Below are positions 17,677 through 27,978 of a stretch of 41,560 nucleotides of DNA, in pieces. The position numbers and the translations under genes were made by a program. The notes under the pieces were generated by a model, which was not told the origin of the DNA, made no database searches, and worked only from the letters and a program-made list of their open reading frames with translations. This stretch comes from Myxococcota bacterium. Lineage in GTDB: Bacteria > Myxococcota_A > Polyangia > Polyangiales > Sandaracinaceae. The stretch is taken from positions 1 through 41,560 of the forward strand of contig JAYZQJ010000195.1 of the NCBI GenBank assembly GCA_036149055.1, read 5' to 3'. How positions within the stretch are numbered: the stretch's first letter is position 1; every line of letters begins with the position of its first letter.

Positions 17677-19065
17677 ATGGCGCTCGACTCCCCCTCCCCG
17701 GACCCGAGCATGACCCCGCCGTCCCGATGGCCCAGCTGGATCGTCGCCGTGGCGCTCGCCGCGGTGGCCTCGTTCGTCCTCCCCAACGTGGCGTTCGCCG
17801 CGGGCGGCGGCGGCGGCGACGGCTCGACCCTCGTCGTGGTGGCGCTGATCGCGGTCGTCGCGGTGGCGTACCTGCTCACCCACTTCGTGGTCGAGCGGCT
17901 CCAGAAGATCTTCCTCGTGCTCGCCGGGGTCGAGTACATCCTGCTCGGGGTGCTCCTCGGGCCGCAGATGCCCTACCGCATCCCGGCGTTCTCGAACCTG
18001 CAGGACCTGATGCCGATCATCGCGCTGGCGGTCGGCTGGGTCGGGCTGCTGCGCGGCATGGAGCTGTCGCTGCGGCGCATGCGGGGGTCGGTGCCCACCG
18101 GGAACAGCCGGGTGGTCGTGGTGCAGGCGCTCGTCGCCGGCGGGCTGACCGCGCTCCCCGCGTGGTGGACCTTCACCCAGGGCTGGTTCTTCTCCTTCGG
18201 CGGCGAGGCGGGGGTCGGCAACCAGGAGGTCTGGATGGCGGCCGGGCTGCTCGGCTGCGCCGCCGTCGCCGGGTCGAGCGAGCCGGTGGAGCTGCTCCGC
18301 AAGCGCTACCGCCTCGAGGGCGAGCTGGGGGAGCGCATCCGGCGCATGGCGGCGAGCAGCGATCTGCTGGCGATCGCCGTCTTCGGGCTGCTCTTCTGCG
18401 TCTTCCACGAGACGCACGAGAACGCGCTCGTGCAGCCGAGCCCGACCGAGTGGGCGGTGATCACCATCCTGCTCGGCGCCCTGCTCGGGGTGCTGTTCAC
18501 CCCCTTCCTCGGCGAGCACGACACCGAGAACGGCCGCTTCCTGGCGATGGTGGGCATCATCGTGCTCGCCTCCGGCGCGGCCTACTTCCTGGATCTCTCG
18601 CCGCTGCTGGTGAACCTCTGCCTCGGCGCGGTGCTGGTGAACACCGCGCGCGCCGGGACCGACATCCGCAAGACCCTGGAGCGGACCCGCCGCCCGATGG
18701 CGCTGGTGCTGCTGGTGTTCGCGGGCGCGCTCGCCAACCCGGTCGATCCCCTCGACGCCACCATCGTCACCGTCGCCTACATCGCGCTCCGGCTGCTCGG
18801 GAAAGCGATCGGCACCGGGCTCGCCGGCTGGCGAAGCCCCCAGCGCGGCGACTACTTCCGCGGGCTGCTCGCGCACGGTGAGGTCACCGTCGCGATGGCG
18901 GTCTCGCTCCGCCTCGTCTACGAGGGCCCGGCCGTCGACCTCGCGTACGCGGCCATCCTCATCTCCGTCTTCTTCAACGACCTCATCGCGCCCCGCGTCC
19001 TGCGCGGGCTCTTCGTCGACACCGGCGATCTGCGCGGGGAGCGCACCGAGGAGGTCAGCCTCTGA
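17677..19065 (+). CDS. Cation:proton antiporter (Na+/H+ exchanger superfamily)-like membrane protein
   Basis: About 12-13 hydrophobic segments; [27 protein letters not shown]; first gene of the trk operon. Start may be 17710. Confidence 0.75.
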   Translation: MALDSPSPDPSMTPPSRWPSWIVAVALAAVASFVLPNVAFAAGGGGGDGSTLVVVALIAVVAVAYLLTHFVVERLQKIFLVLAGVEYILLGVLLGPQMPYRIPAFSNLQDLMPIIALAVGWVGLLRGMELSLRRMRGSVPTGNSRVVVVQALVAGGLTALPAWWTFTQGWFFSFGGEAGVGNQEVWMAAGLLGCAAVAGSSEPVELLRKRYRLEGELGERIRRMAASSDLLAIAVFGLLFCVFHETHENALVQPSPTEWAVITILLGALLGVLFTPFLGEHDTENGRFLAMVGIIVLASGAAYFLDLSPLLVNLCLGAVLVNTARAGTDIRKTLERTRRPMALVLLVFAGALANPVDPLDATIVTVAYIALRLLGKAIGTGLAGWRSPQRGDYFRGLLAHGEVTVAMAVSLRLVYEGPAVDLAYAAILISVFFNDLIAPRVLRGLFVDTGDLRGERTEEVSL

Positions 19066-20411
19066 TGTACATCGTGATCATCGGCATGGGCGAGGTGGGC
19101 CGTCACCTCCTCCGAACCATGGAGCACGAGGGGCACGACCTCGTGGCGGTCGACGCCTCGAGCGACGCCATCCAGTTCGTGGAGGACCACCACGACGTGA
19201 TGACCCTCGTCGGCTACGGCGCGAGCCACGACGTGCTCGCCAAGGCCCAGGTCGAGCGCGCCGACCTCGTCGTCGCGGTGACCGACCACGACGAGGTGAA
19301 CCTGATCGCCGCGCTCGCCGCCAAGCAGCTCGGCGCCCAGCGGGTGATCGCGCGCGCCCAGGGCAACGCCTGGACCTCGCACATGGAGGGCGTCCGCTAC
19401 GGGCTGCTCGGGGTCGACGTGGTGATCAACCCGCGGGTCCTCGTGGCCCACGAGCTCGCCCGCATCGCCCGCTCGCACGGCGCGGTCGACGTCATCGACC
19501 TCGCGCAGGACCGGCTCGAGCTGGTGCAGCTGCAGCTCAACGAGGACGCGCGGCACCTCGACAAGCCGCTCATGAAGCTCAACCTGCCGCGCGACACCCT
19601 GGTCGCCGCGCTCGTGCGGGAGGGGCAGCTCGTGGTCCCCGGCGGCGCCGACGTGCTGACCCAGGGCGACCGGGTCTACATGATCGGCAAGCCCGACGCG
19701 ATCCTGCAGGCGGAGGAGTTCTTCACCAGCAAGCGCGAGGCGCGGCGGGTCATCATCATCGGCGGCGGCGTGGTCGGCGGCGCGCTCGCGGGCAGCCTCG
19801 CGGCCGACGGCACCGAGGTGCTCGTCATCGAGCACAACCGCGACACCGCCGAGGCGCTGAGCGTGAAGGTGCCCAAGGCGACCATCGTGCACGGCGACGG
19901 CACCGACCGTCAGCTCCTCGAGGAGGAGGAGGCGGGCACCTACGACCTGGTGTGCTGCGTGACGAGCGAGGACGAGGTCAACCTGATGGCCGCCCTGCTC
20001 GCGCAGCGGGTCGGCGTGCCGCGCACCGCCGCCCTGGTGCACCGCGGCGACTACATGCCCATCTACAAGCAGCTGGGCGTGGACATCGTGCTCACCCCGC
20101 GCGCGGTCGCGTCCGACCAGATCCTCCGCTACTGCCGCGGCGGCGGCGTGCAGAGCCTGACGTCGCTCGAGGACGGGCAGGCCGAGGTGGCGGAGCTGCG
20201 CGTGCCCCGCGGGGCCCGGGTCGTCGGCGTGCCGCTCAAGCGCATGGGGCTGCCGCGTGGCGCCCTGCTCGGCGGCATCGTGCACGGCGACCGGGTGATC
20301 ATCCCGCGCGGCGACGACGTGGTCGAGGCGGGCGACACGGTGGTGCTGCTCCTGACCGAGTCCGCGCGCCCGATCGTCGAGCGCCTGTTCCGGAGCCGAC
20401 GGAGCGAATGA
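19065..20411 (+). CDS. trkA: Trk system potassium uptake protein TrkA
   Basis: Two RCK-N domains (IIGMGEVG, IIGGGVVG) each followed by RCK-C; 448 aa. Confidence 0.95.
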   Translation: MYIVIIGMGEVGRHLLRTMEHEGHDLVAVDASSDAIQFVEDHHDVMTLVGYGASHDVLAKAQVERADLVVAVTDHDEVNLIAALAAKQLGAQRVIARAQGNAWTSHMEGVRYGLLGVDVVINPRVLVAHELARIARSHGAVDVIDLAQDRLELVQLQLNEDARHLDKPLMKLNLPRDTLVAALVREGQLVVPGGADVLTQGDRVYMIGKPDAILQAEEFFTSKREARRVIIIGGGVVGGALAGSLAADGTEVLVIEHNRDTAEALSVKVPKATIVHGDGTDRQLLEEEEAGTYDLVCCVTSEDEVNLMAALLAQRVGVPRTAALVHRGDYMPIYKQLGVDIVLTPRAVASDQILRYCRGGGVQSLTSLEDGQAEVAELRVPRGARVVGVPLKRMGLPRGALLGGIVHGDRVIIPRGDDVVEAGDTVVLLLTESARPIVERLFRSRRSE

Positions 20412-21955
20412 GCCGAAGGGTCCAGAGGCGCTCGCGGTGGCGCGACTTCCGCGGGGTGCTGCGCCCGGCCGGCGCGGTGCTCGGCGGCGTGGCCGTGAGC
20501 CAGCTCCTCTGCGCCGTGATCGGCGGCGCGGTGGAGTGGCTGACCGTCACGCCCGCCCGGCGCCAGACCGACGACGTCCTCTGGCTCCTGCTCGCGGCGG
20601 CGATCACCGGCCTCTCGGCGACCCTCTTCTATCTCTACGGCCGGCGGCACGCGACCGAGAACCTCACCCGCCGGGAGGCGGTGCTCGCGGTGGCGCTGAT
20701 CTGGCTCGGCGCCGGCGTCTTCGGCGGCCTGCCCTTCACGCTCGCGGCGAACATGAGCCCGATCGACAGCTTCTTCGAGGCGGTCAGCGGGCTCACCACC
20801 ACCGGCGCCACGGTGATCACCGACATCGACGGGAGCCCGGTCGAGGGCGCCGATGGAAGGATCGGCGGGCTCAGCCACCCCGTCCTGCTGTGGCGCTCGC
20901 TGATTCAGTGGCTCGGCGGCATGGGCATCGTCGTGCTCTTCGTCGCCGTCTTCCCGAGCGTCGGCGCCGGGGCCAAGCACATGTTCCGCGGCGAGGTGCC
21001 CGGCACCAGCGCCGAGGGCCTCAAGCCGCGCATCGCCGAGACGAGCTTCACCCTCTGGAAGCTCTACGCCGCGCTCACCGCGCTCGAGGCGTTCCTGCTG
21101 ATGCTGCTCGGCATGACGCCCTTCGAGGCCGTCTGTCACGCCTTCACCACCATGAGCACCGGCGGCTTCTCGACCCGGGACGCGTCGATCGGCGGCTTCG
21201 ACAGCTACTCGATCGACATGGTGGTCGCCACGTTCATGCTGCTCGGCAGCCTGAACTACGGGCTGTTCTACGCGCTGCTGCGCGGCCGCTCGTGGCGCGC
21301 GGTGTTCCGCAACACGGAGCTGCGCGCCTTCCTCGCCGTCAGCGCGCTCTTCACCGCGATCCTGACCCTCGGCATCCTGCCGAACCACGACCGCGACATC
21401 GTCCAGTCCTTTCGCTACGCGTACTTCATGGTCGGGACGACGATGAGCTCGACCGGCTACGGGACCGACGACTACATGGCGTACGGCGCGCCGATGCTGA
21501 TGGTCGTGATCCTCATGATGTTCATCGGCGGCTGCTCCGGCTCGACCGCCGGCGGCATCAAGGTCGAGCGCATCGTGCTGATGGCCAAGCTCTCCTGGGC
21601 GGAGTTCCGCGAGAGCTTCCGCCCGGCGGTGGTCCAGGTCGTGCGCATGGGCCGCACCGCGGTGCCGCCGGAGATCCTGCGTGACGTGGCCGTCTTCGTC
21701 GGCGTCTACTTCGCCACGATGGGGCTGGGGATGCTCTTCGTCGCCTTCACCGACGACATCTCGCTCCCCACCGCGTTCGGCGCGATGCTCACCTGCCTGT
21801 CGAACATGGGCCCCGCGCCCTTCTACGAGGGCTCCGACAACTTCGCGACGTACAGCCCGGTCGCCAAGGGCTTCTTCAGCGTCGCGATGCTCCTCGGGCG
21901 CCTCGAGTTCTTCACCCTCTTCGCGCTCCTCGTGCCGGACTTCTGGAGGCGTTAG
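20408..21955 (+). CDS. trkH: Trk system potassium uptake membrane protein TrkH
   Basis: Pore motifs SGLTTTGAT, TMSTGGFS, TMSSTGYG, LSNMGP; QWLGGMG, GGCSGSTAGGIK, LGRLE; ATG at 20408 overlaps the trkA stop. Confidence 0.95.
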   Translation: MSRRVQRRSRWRDFRGVLRPAGAVLGGVAVSQLLCAVIGGAVEWLTVTPARRQTDDVLWLLLAAAITGLSATLFYLYGRRHATENLTRREAVLAVALIWLGAGVFGGLPFTLAANMSPIDSFFEAVSGLTTTGATVITDIDGSPVEGADGRIGGLSHPVLLWRSLIQWLGGMGIVVLFVAVFPSVGAGAKHMFRGEVPGTSAEGLKPRIAETSFTLWKLYAALTALEAFLLMLLGMTPFEAVCHAFTTMSTGGFSTRDASIGGFDSYSIDMVVATFMLLGSLNYGLFYALLRGRSWRAVFRNTELRAFLAVSALFTAILTLGILPNHDRDIVQSFRYAYFMVGTTMSSTGYGTDDYMAYGAPMLMVVILMMFIGGCSGSTAGGIKVERIVLMAKLSWAEFRESFRPAVVQVVRMGRTAVPPEILRDVAVFVGVYFATMGLGMLFVAFTDDISLPTAFGAMLTCLSNMGPAPFYEGSDNFATYSPVAKGFFSVAMLLGRLEFFTLFALLVPDFWRR

Positions 21956-21958
21956 TCG

Positions 21959-24900
21959 ATGAGCGGCGGCGGACATTCCAAGGCGGACGGCGGCGGCATC
22001 CGCAAGATGGTCATCGTCCTGCTCCTCGTGGGCGGGATGTTCCTCATGCACCGCTTCGCGAGCCGGCCGGACGCGTTCGATCCGAGCGCCATGCTCGCGC
22101 TCGGGTTCGTCATCCTGGCGAGCTACGCGTTCGGCTCGCTGGTCGAGCGGATCGGGCTGCCGCACATCACCGGCTACCTGATCGCCGGCCTCGCGCTCGG
22201 CCCGTCCACCGCGCACCTGCTGCCCGAGTCGTGGCACGTGCCTCCGTTCGACGCGGGCATCCTCAGCCAGAGCGTCATCGACCAGCTCTCCCCGCTGAAC
22301 ACGCTCGCGGTCGCGCTCATCGCCCTCACCGCGGGCGGCGAGCTGAAGATCGAGTCCCTCAAGAAGGGGCTCGCGACGATCGTCGGCGTGCTCGGCGGCC
22401 AGATCGTCGTGCTGCTCGCGCTGTGCGTCGCCTTCGTGGTCGGCGTGAGCGGCGTGATCCCGGGCGTCGAGCTGCCCGGGCTCGGCCAGCTCGACATGAG
22501 CGCCGCCCTCGCGCTGGGCTCGGTCGTCGGCGCGATCTCGATCGCCACCAGCCCGGCCGCGACCATCGCCGTCATCAACGACCTGCGCGCGCGCGGCCCG
22601 ATGACCTCCTCGGTGCTCGCCACGGTCGTCCTGAAGGACGTGGTCGTGGTGGTGCTCTTCGCGGTCGTCAGCACCTTCGCGGCGCAGACCCTCGGGGTCG
22701 GCGGCTCCGACCAGGCGCTCGGGCTCTACCTCCTGAAGCACATCGGCGGCGCGCTGGTGCTCGGCGCGGCGATCGGCGCCGGCATGGCGCTCTACCTCCG
22801 CTACGTGAACGCGGAGGTCCTGCTCTTCCTGGTCGGCGTGGTCTACACCGCGGCCTACCTGGCGGGCGCGCTCGACGTCGAGGCGGTGGTCCTCTTCATC
22901 ACCGCCGGCTTCGTGACCGCCAACTTCTCCAGCGAAGGCGACCACCTCGTCGAGACGGTCGAGAAGCTCTCGCTGCCCGTCTACGTCGTCTTCTTCACGC
23001 TCGCCGGGGCCAAGCTCCATCTCGAGGAGCTCTTCCTGCTCTGGCCGTTCGTGCTCGTGCTCGTCGGCCTCCGCACCGGCGGCATGTGGGTCGGCACCGC
23101 GATCGGCGGGGCGCTCGCGGGCGCGCCGGAGGTGATCCGCAAGCGCGGCTGGCTCGGCTTCGTGTCCCAGGCCGGCGTCGCGATCAGCCTCGCCTCGATC
23201 ATCGGCCGCCGCATGGGCCCGGCCGGCGAGGCGCTCTCCACCCTCATCATCGCCTCGATCGCGATCAACGAGCTCATCGGCCCGGTGATGCTCAAGGTCG
23301 GCCTCAGCGGCGCGGGCGAGGCGGGCGGCGCCGACGAGGGCGGGGCCGAGGAGGAGGAGCCCGAGGAGACCGCCGACGAAGAGGCGGACGTCGAGGTGAA
23401 GGAGTGGCCGCAGCCCGAGCGCGGCCGGGACGCGTGGGGCCCTCCCCTGGTGCTCGCGGGGGCCGAGCTCGAGGACGTCGCGCGCGAGCTCCAGCTCGAC
23501 CTGTCCCACGTGGCGCGAGACGTGGCCGAGGAGCCGCTGGCGCGCTTCCGCGAGGACGCGCTCGGCTACGTGCGAGAGCTGCGGCGGGAGTTCCTGCGCC
23601 ACCACCGGCGCATCACCGTGCAGGCGCAGGGCGAGCCCACCGAGCTGAGCGCGGCCGAGGCGCTCCGGCTCGAGCAGGCCGAGCTGGCGGAGAAGTGGCG
23701 CGGGGCGGTGCTCGGCCGGGCCGCCCGGGTGCAGCAGACGCCGGGCTGGGAGGCCGCGCCGATCGTCGCCGCGGTGGACGCGATCACCGACGGGCTGCCC
23801 GAGAAGGTCTCCGCCCCCTACGAGCAGGAGAGCTTCCAGAGCCGAGAGGACGACGGGCTCCTGACCACGATCTCGCGGGTGGGGCTCCGGGCCCGCCGCG
23901 GCGCGCGCAAGATGTTCGGCGACGACATGGCGCCTCGCACCGTCGAGGTCCGCGCGCTCGCCCGCTACCACCTCTGGGGCATGCTCCCCGAGCGGCTCGA
24001 GCCGGTGGCGGCGCTCTACGTGCAGGCCGAGGGGCACCTCGTCTCGCGCACGCGCAGCATCTTCGAGGGGCTCGTGCAGGCGTACGACACGCTGGCCAGC
24101 GACGTCGAGACCGCCCAGCGCGAGGCGGCGCGCAAGCCCGAGGAGGAGGGCGAGGAGGCGCCCGAGACCGGGATGCCGCAGGAGGAGCTCGAGCGGCGGC
24201 TGCGCGAGGTGCGCACCCAGGTCGACGAGGAGCTGGTGCTCGCGGTGCAGGAGATTGACCGCATCGCGGACGATCTCGCGATCCGGACGAGCCTCGCCAT
24301 CGGGAGCTGCCTGCGCGAGCTGAAGGCCGACCTGCCGCACGTGGCGACGCCGGACCTGCCCATGCGGCGGCGCGCGGCGAGCAAGCTCTACAAGCGCCGG
24401 GACGAGGCGCTCCGCTGGCTCGAGCGCGGCACCGCGGCCGCCCGGGAGACCTCGAGCGCGGTCTACAACCGGCTCGCGCTCGAGATGGAGCTGCACGCCC
24501 TCGAGGGCCGGGTGAAGGACGCGCTCGAGGAGCACGCCACCGCCCTCGGGCGCGACGTGCGCGGCCGTGCGCACCGGCAGGTGCAGCGGGTGGAGAAGGC
24601 GCTCACGGAGGCCCAGGCCGAGATGCCCGAGGTGCTCGCCGAGGAGGACGCCGCGGCCATGGCCGAGCGCGTGCGCGGGCTGACCGAGCCGCTCGTGCGG
24701 GTGGCGGCGGAGGCGAGCCGGGTCGCGACCCGCCTGCGCGATCAGCTCTCGGACGAGCGCAGCGTCACCCCGGTGCTCGACGCCCTCACCCGCGCGGCCC
24801 AGGGCCTGACCGACCGCTACCGCGTGCCGGCCGGCCCGATGCCGCGGGGCGAGCACCGCCTCCCGCCGCAGATCGGCACCGTCGAGGTCCCCTTCCGCGA

Positions 24901-26506
24901 CTGGGTGATGGCGCGCATCGAGACCTCGCTCGCGCCGCGCCTGCTCACGAGCACGCGCGACGTCGCCCAGAAGGTCGAGCCGCTCTCCCACGCGCTCAGC
25001 GAGCTCGAGCGGCGCGTGGCGTTCAACGTGGAGCTCGCCGTCAACGAGCTGACCGTGGTCGAGGGCGAAGAGGTGCCGGCGCAGACCCGCCGCCTCGTGC
25101 GCGACATGATCGGCAGCGCGCTGGAGCGGAACCGCGAGCTCTTCGAGGGATACTCCGACGACAGCAAGCAGTGGGGCGACGAGGTGCGGCGCGCGGTGCG
25201 CGACGCAGTGCTGACGAGCCTCGACGAGCTGCGCGGGGGGCTGGTCGACGGCGAGGTCGGCCGGATGCGCTCGCAGATGAAGCGGGACGTCCGCGGCCGG
25301 CGCATCGTCCGCGTGGCCCGCCAGACCCGCTCGGCGCTGTCGCGGTCCTGGGCCATCGCGCGGCGCGCGGTCCGCGAGGCGATCGGCGAGACCCGGCTCG
25401 ACGGCGCGCGTCAGCGGCTCGGCCTCCCCCCGCACACGAGCGACGAGGAGATCGCGCCGCAGGGCTTCGCGCCGCCCGAGCCGCCGTCCTCGATCCCGAT
25501 GGTCTACCGCCGGCTCTTCTCGGCCCAGGCGCTCGAGGCGGGCGACATCCTCACCGGGCGGGACGACGCGCTGCAGCGGGCCACCTCGCTCCTCGAGGAC
25601 GGGCCCAGCGGCAGCCTGCGCACCGTGGCCGTCGTCGGCCCCGACGGGGTCGGCAAGAGCGCGTTCGTCAACGCGATCATGCGGGCGAAGCGCTGGCCCA
25701 AGGTGCGGGAGCTCGCGCTCGAGGAGCCGGCCACGCTCGAGCAGGTCGACGCCCTCTTCGAGCCGCAGGGCGAAGGCCACCTCGTGGTGATCAGCGGCGT
25801 GCACTGGCTGCGCGCGCTCGAGCCCGGCGGCTTCTCGCCGCTCCGCCGCTTCGTCGCCCGCGTCATCGAAGACGGCGGCAAGAACGCGTTCCTGGTGCGC
25901 GCGGACACGCTCGTCTGGGAGCAGAGCCTGGAGGCCGCGCCGCTCCGCGACGCCTTCCCGGACGTCATCACCCTCGGCCCGCTCGCCCCGGACGCGCTCC
26001 AGGCCGCGGTGCTCGCCCGGCACACGGTGAGCGGCTACGGGCTCGTCTTCCGCCAGGGCATCGAGCCGGAGAGCCGCCTGGAGGAGATGGTGATGCAGGC
26101 GACCGCGCCGCTGAGCCGCCCGCAGCAGAGCTTCTTCCGATCCCTGCACGCGGCGAGCGGAGGGCTGCTGCGCGACGCCCTGCGCCTCTGGCTCGCGTCG
26201 GTGGAGGAGGTGGACGAGGCCGGTGACTTCGTGCACCTCGGCCCCGTGCCCACCTCGAGCCTGTACGCGCTGCGGCGGCTCGGCGAGGGCGAGACGCTGA
26301 CCCTCTACCAGGTCGCGCGGCAGGGATGGATGACGCCGGAGGTGTGCGCGTCGCTGTTCCGGATCGACGAGACCACCGCGCGGGCCCGGCTGATGGCGCT
26401 CGCCCACGTCGGCATCCTCGAGCGCCGGGGCGCGGTCTGGCGGATCGCGCTGCATCTCCGCGGGACGGTGCAACGACTCTTGCGAGAGAAGGGGTTCGTC
26501 GCGTGA
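21959..26506 (+). CDS. 1515-aa fusion: N-terminal cation:proton antiporter, long helical/coiled-coil region, P-loop NTPase-like domain and C-terminal winged-helix-like region
   Basis: LPHITGYLIAGLALGP, GGEL, ATSPAATIAV, FFTLAGAKL, SQAGVAISL, NELIGP (CPA); VVGPDGVGKS (Walker A); continuous ORF with normal codon bias. Confidence 0.85.
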   Translation: MSGGGHSKADGGGIRKMVIVLLLVGGMFLMHRFASRPDAFDPSAMLALGFVILASYAFGSLVERIGLPHITGYLIAGLALGPSTAHLLPESWHVPPFDAGILSQSVIDQLSPLNTLAVALIALTAGGELKIESLKKGLATIVGVLGGQIVVLLALCVAFVVGVSGVIPGVELPGLGQLDMSAALALGSVVGAISIATSPAATIAVINDLRARGPMTSSVLATVVLKDVVVVVLFAVVSTFAAQTLGVGGSDQALGLYLLKHIGGALVLGAAIGAGMALYLRYVNAEVLLFLVGVVYTAAYLAGALDVEAVVLFITAGFVTANFSSEGDHLVETVEKLSLPVYVVFFTLAGAKLHLEELFLLWPFVLVLVGLRTGGMWVGTAIGGALAGAPEVIRKRGWLGFVSQAGVAISLASIIGRRMGPAGEALSTLIIASIAINELIGPVMLKVGLSGAGEAGGADEGGAEEEEPEETADEEADVEVKEWPQPERGRDAWGPPLVLAGAELEDVARELQLDLSHVARDVAEEPLARFREDALGYVRELRREFLRHHRRITVQAQGEPTELSAAEALRLEQAELAEKWRGAVLGRAARVQQTPGWEAAPIVAAVDAITDGLPEKVSAPYEQESFQSREDDGLLTTISRVGLRARRGARKMFGDDMAPRTVEVRALARYHLWGMLPERLEPVAALYVQAEGHLVSRTRSIFEGLVQAYDTLASDVETAQREAARKPEEEGEEAPETGMPQEELERRLREVRTQVDEELVLAVQEIDRIADDLAIRTSLAIGSCLRELKADLPHVATPDLPMRRRAASKLYKRRDEALRWLERGTAAARETSSAVYNRLALEMELHALEGRVKDALEEHATALGRDVRGRAHRQVQRVEKALTEAQAEMPEVLAEEDAAAMAERVRGLTEPLVRVAAEASRVATRLRDQLSDERSVTPVLDALTRAAQGLTDRYRVPAGPMPRGEHRLPPQIGTVEVPFRDWVMARIETSLAPRLLTSTRDVAQKVEPLSHALSELERRVAFNVELAVNELTVVEGEEVPAQTRRLVRDMIGSALERNRELFEGYSDDSKQWGDEVRRAVRDAVLTSLDELRGGLVDGEVGRMRSQMKRDVRGRRIVRVARQTRSALSRSWAIARRAVREAIGETRLDGARQRLGLPPHTSDEEIAPQGFAPPEPPSSIPMVYRRLFSAQALEAGDILTGRDDALQRATSLLEDGPSGSLRTVAVVGPDGVGKSAFVNAIMRAKRWPKVRELALEEPATLEQVDALFEPQGEGHLVVISGVHWLRALEPGGFSPLRRFVARVIEDGGKNAFLVRADTLVWEQSLEAAPLRDAFPDVITLGPLAPDALQAAVLARHTVSGYGLVFRQGIEPESRLEEMVMQATAPLSRPQQSFFRSLHAASGGLLRDALRLWLASVEEVDEAGDFVHLGPVPTSSLYALRRLGEGETLTLYQVARQGWMTPEVCASLFRIDETTARARLMALAHVGILERRGAVWRIALHLRGTVQRLLREKGFVA

Positions 26507-27915
26507 GGTGGCTCGCTGCGGTCGCGTTCGCGACGATGCTCGGCGTGGCGCCGCTCGCCGGGGCGCAGGACGCGGGGGTCCCTGCCGCCGACGCCGGGGT
26601 GCGCAGAGCCCCGAGGCGAGACGCGGGGATCCGGAGGAGGCCTCGACCTCGTCCGGCGCCGGAGACCACGTCGGAGGCCGGGTCCGAGGCCGAAGCTGGG
26701 TCCGAGGCCGCGGCTGGGTCCGAGGCCGCGGCTGGGTCCGAGACCGGGGCCGAATCCGAGGCCGAATCGGAGACCGGGACCGAGACCGATTCCGAGGTCG
26801 GGACCGGGGATGAGGTCGGCGCCGAGTCCGGGGCGGACGCGCTCCTCGTGGACGCGGGGGTGGCGGAGACGATCGTCGACGCGGGCGTCGCGGGAGACGA
26901 CGACGCGGGGCCGGCGGACGGCGGCGTCGAGGCGGCGGCGCCCGTGGTGACGGCGGAGGAGGACGACGACGAGTCGCTCCTCGGGGTCGTCGAGGCGCTG
27001 CTGTTCGAGCGGGCCGAGCGGGCGGAGCTCGAGGCGGCGCGGGCCCGGGACGAGCTGGCGCGGCAGGGCGGCGCGCGGGGCGAAGAGCGAGGGGAAGGAG
27101 ACGCGGAGGCGCCGGCGAGGCTGCCCTCGGACGTCCGGGTCGTCGGCTGCGCGCCGGCCGCCGACGCGATCGGGCTCAGCCTGCCCGAGCGGCAGCTGTC
27201 GACCGTGGGGCTCGTCTTGCTCCTGCTGGTCACCCTCCTCGGGCTCGCGGTCGTGGACCGGCTCCGACGCCCGCTGCCGGAGGACGGCTTCTTGCCGCGG
27301 GTCCTCGGCGTCACCCACCTCGGGCTGCGGCTCGCCGCGGTGGTCATGGTGCTCAACGTCGCCTCGCGGCTGCTCCCGACCTGGCTCGCGCCGTTCCTGC
27401 TGATCGGCGTCATCGCGGCCGCGCTGGCGATCGGCGTCGGGGCCGTGTGGCCGTGGCTGCCGGACGTGGTGGGCGGCGTCCTGCTGCTCGCGGAGCGGCG
27501 TGTCCGGGCCGGCCTCTGGTTGATCGGCGACGGATTCGCCGGGCAGATCGAGCGGGTCGGGCCGCGGGTGACCACCCTGCGGGCGGCGGACGGCTCGCTC
27601 TTCACCATCCCGAACCGACAGCTCGTCTCGCGCACCGTGCACACCAGCGCGCAGCGGTTCGCGGAGACGCGGGTCGTGCTCGAGGTCCCGGACGCGGCGG
27701 CGACCCGGGTGCGAGGCGCCATTCGGGACGCCGTGCTCTGCTCGCCGTTCGTGCCCTCGCACCCGGTGCTGGGCATCGCGCGGGACGCCAGCCACCCGCG
27801 GCGCTGGACCGTCACCGTCCGGCTCCTCGACGCGCGGTTCGGCCCCGACTTCGAGGGGCAGCTGCTCGAGCGGGTGGAGGAGGCGCTGGCGGAGCCCTCG
27901 GCCGAGCCGGGGTGA
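26503..27915 (+). CDS. MscS-family mechanosensitive channel-like protein with signal peptide and acidic low-complexity N-terminal region
   Basis: GTG at 26503 overlaps the upstream stop; signal VRWLAAVAFATMLGVAPLAGAQ; LPDVVGGVLLL...GQIERVGPRVTTLRAADGSLFTIPN matches the MscS beta domain. Confidence 0.85.
   Translation: MRWLAAVAFATMLGVAPLAGAQDAGVPAADAGVRRAPRRDAGIRRRPRPRPAPETTSEAGSEAEAGSEAAAGSEAAAGSETGAESEAESETGTETDSEVGTGDEVGAESGADALLVDAGVAETIVDAGVAGDDDAGPADGGVEAAAPVVTAEEDDDESLLGVVEALLFERAERAELEAARARDELARQGGARGEERGEGDAEAPARLPSDVRVVGCAPAADAIGLSLPERQLSTVGLVLLLLVTLLGLAVVDRLRRPLPEDGFLPRVLGVTHLGLRLAAVVMVLNVASRLLPTWLAPFLLIGVIAAALAIGVGAVWPWLPDVVGGVLLLAERRVRAGLWLIGDGFAGQIERVGPRVTTLRAADGSLFTIPNRQLVSRTVHTSAQRFAETRVVLEVPDAAATRVRGAIRDAVLCSPFVPSHPVLGIARDASHPRRWTVTVRLLDARFGPDFEGQLLERVEEALAEPSAEPG
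26672..26830 (+). repeat. Intragenic 18-bp tandem repeats encoding EAAAGS/EAEAGS/ETGAES
   Basis: gggtccgaggccgaagct, gggtccgaggccgcggct x2, then degenerate copies. Confidence 0.8.
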
Positions 27916-27978
27916 ATGCGAAGCGGACGCGGGCCGTCCGCCTTCCACCACCCGCTCTCGCTGAGGCATGATCCTGCC

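Noticed and set aside
18878..20407. N-terminal extension making TrkH a 1025-aa protein
   Set aside because: Off-frame overlap with trkA; the real start is ATG 20408 overlapping the trkA stop.
20129..26473. 2114-aa minus-strand ORF (and similar giants: 6979..10020 +, 14988..17939 -, 26305..29067 -, 4991..6787 +)
   Set aside because: Antisense shadows of well-supported genes; stop codons are rare in very GC-rich DNA and the translations have no family motifs.
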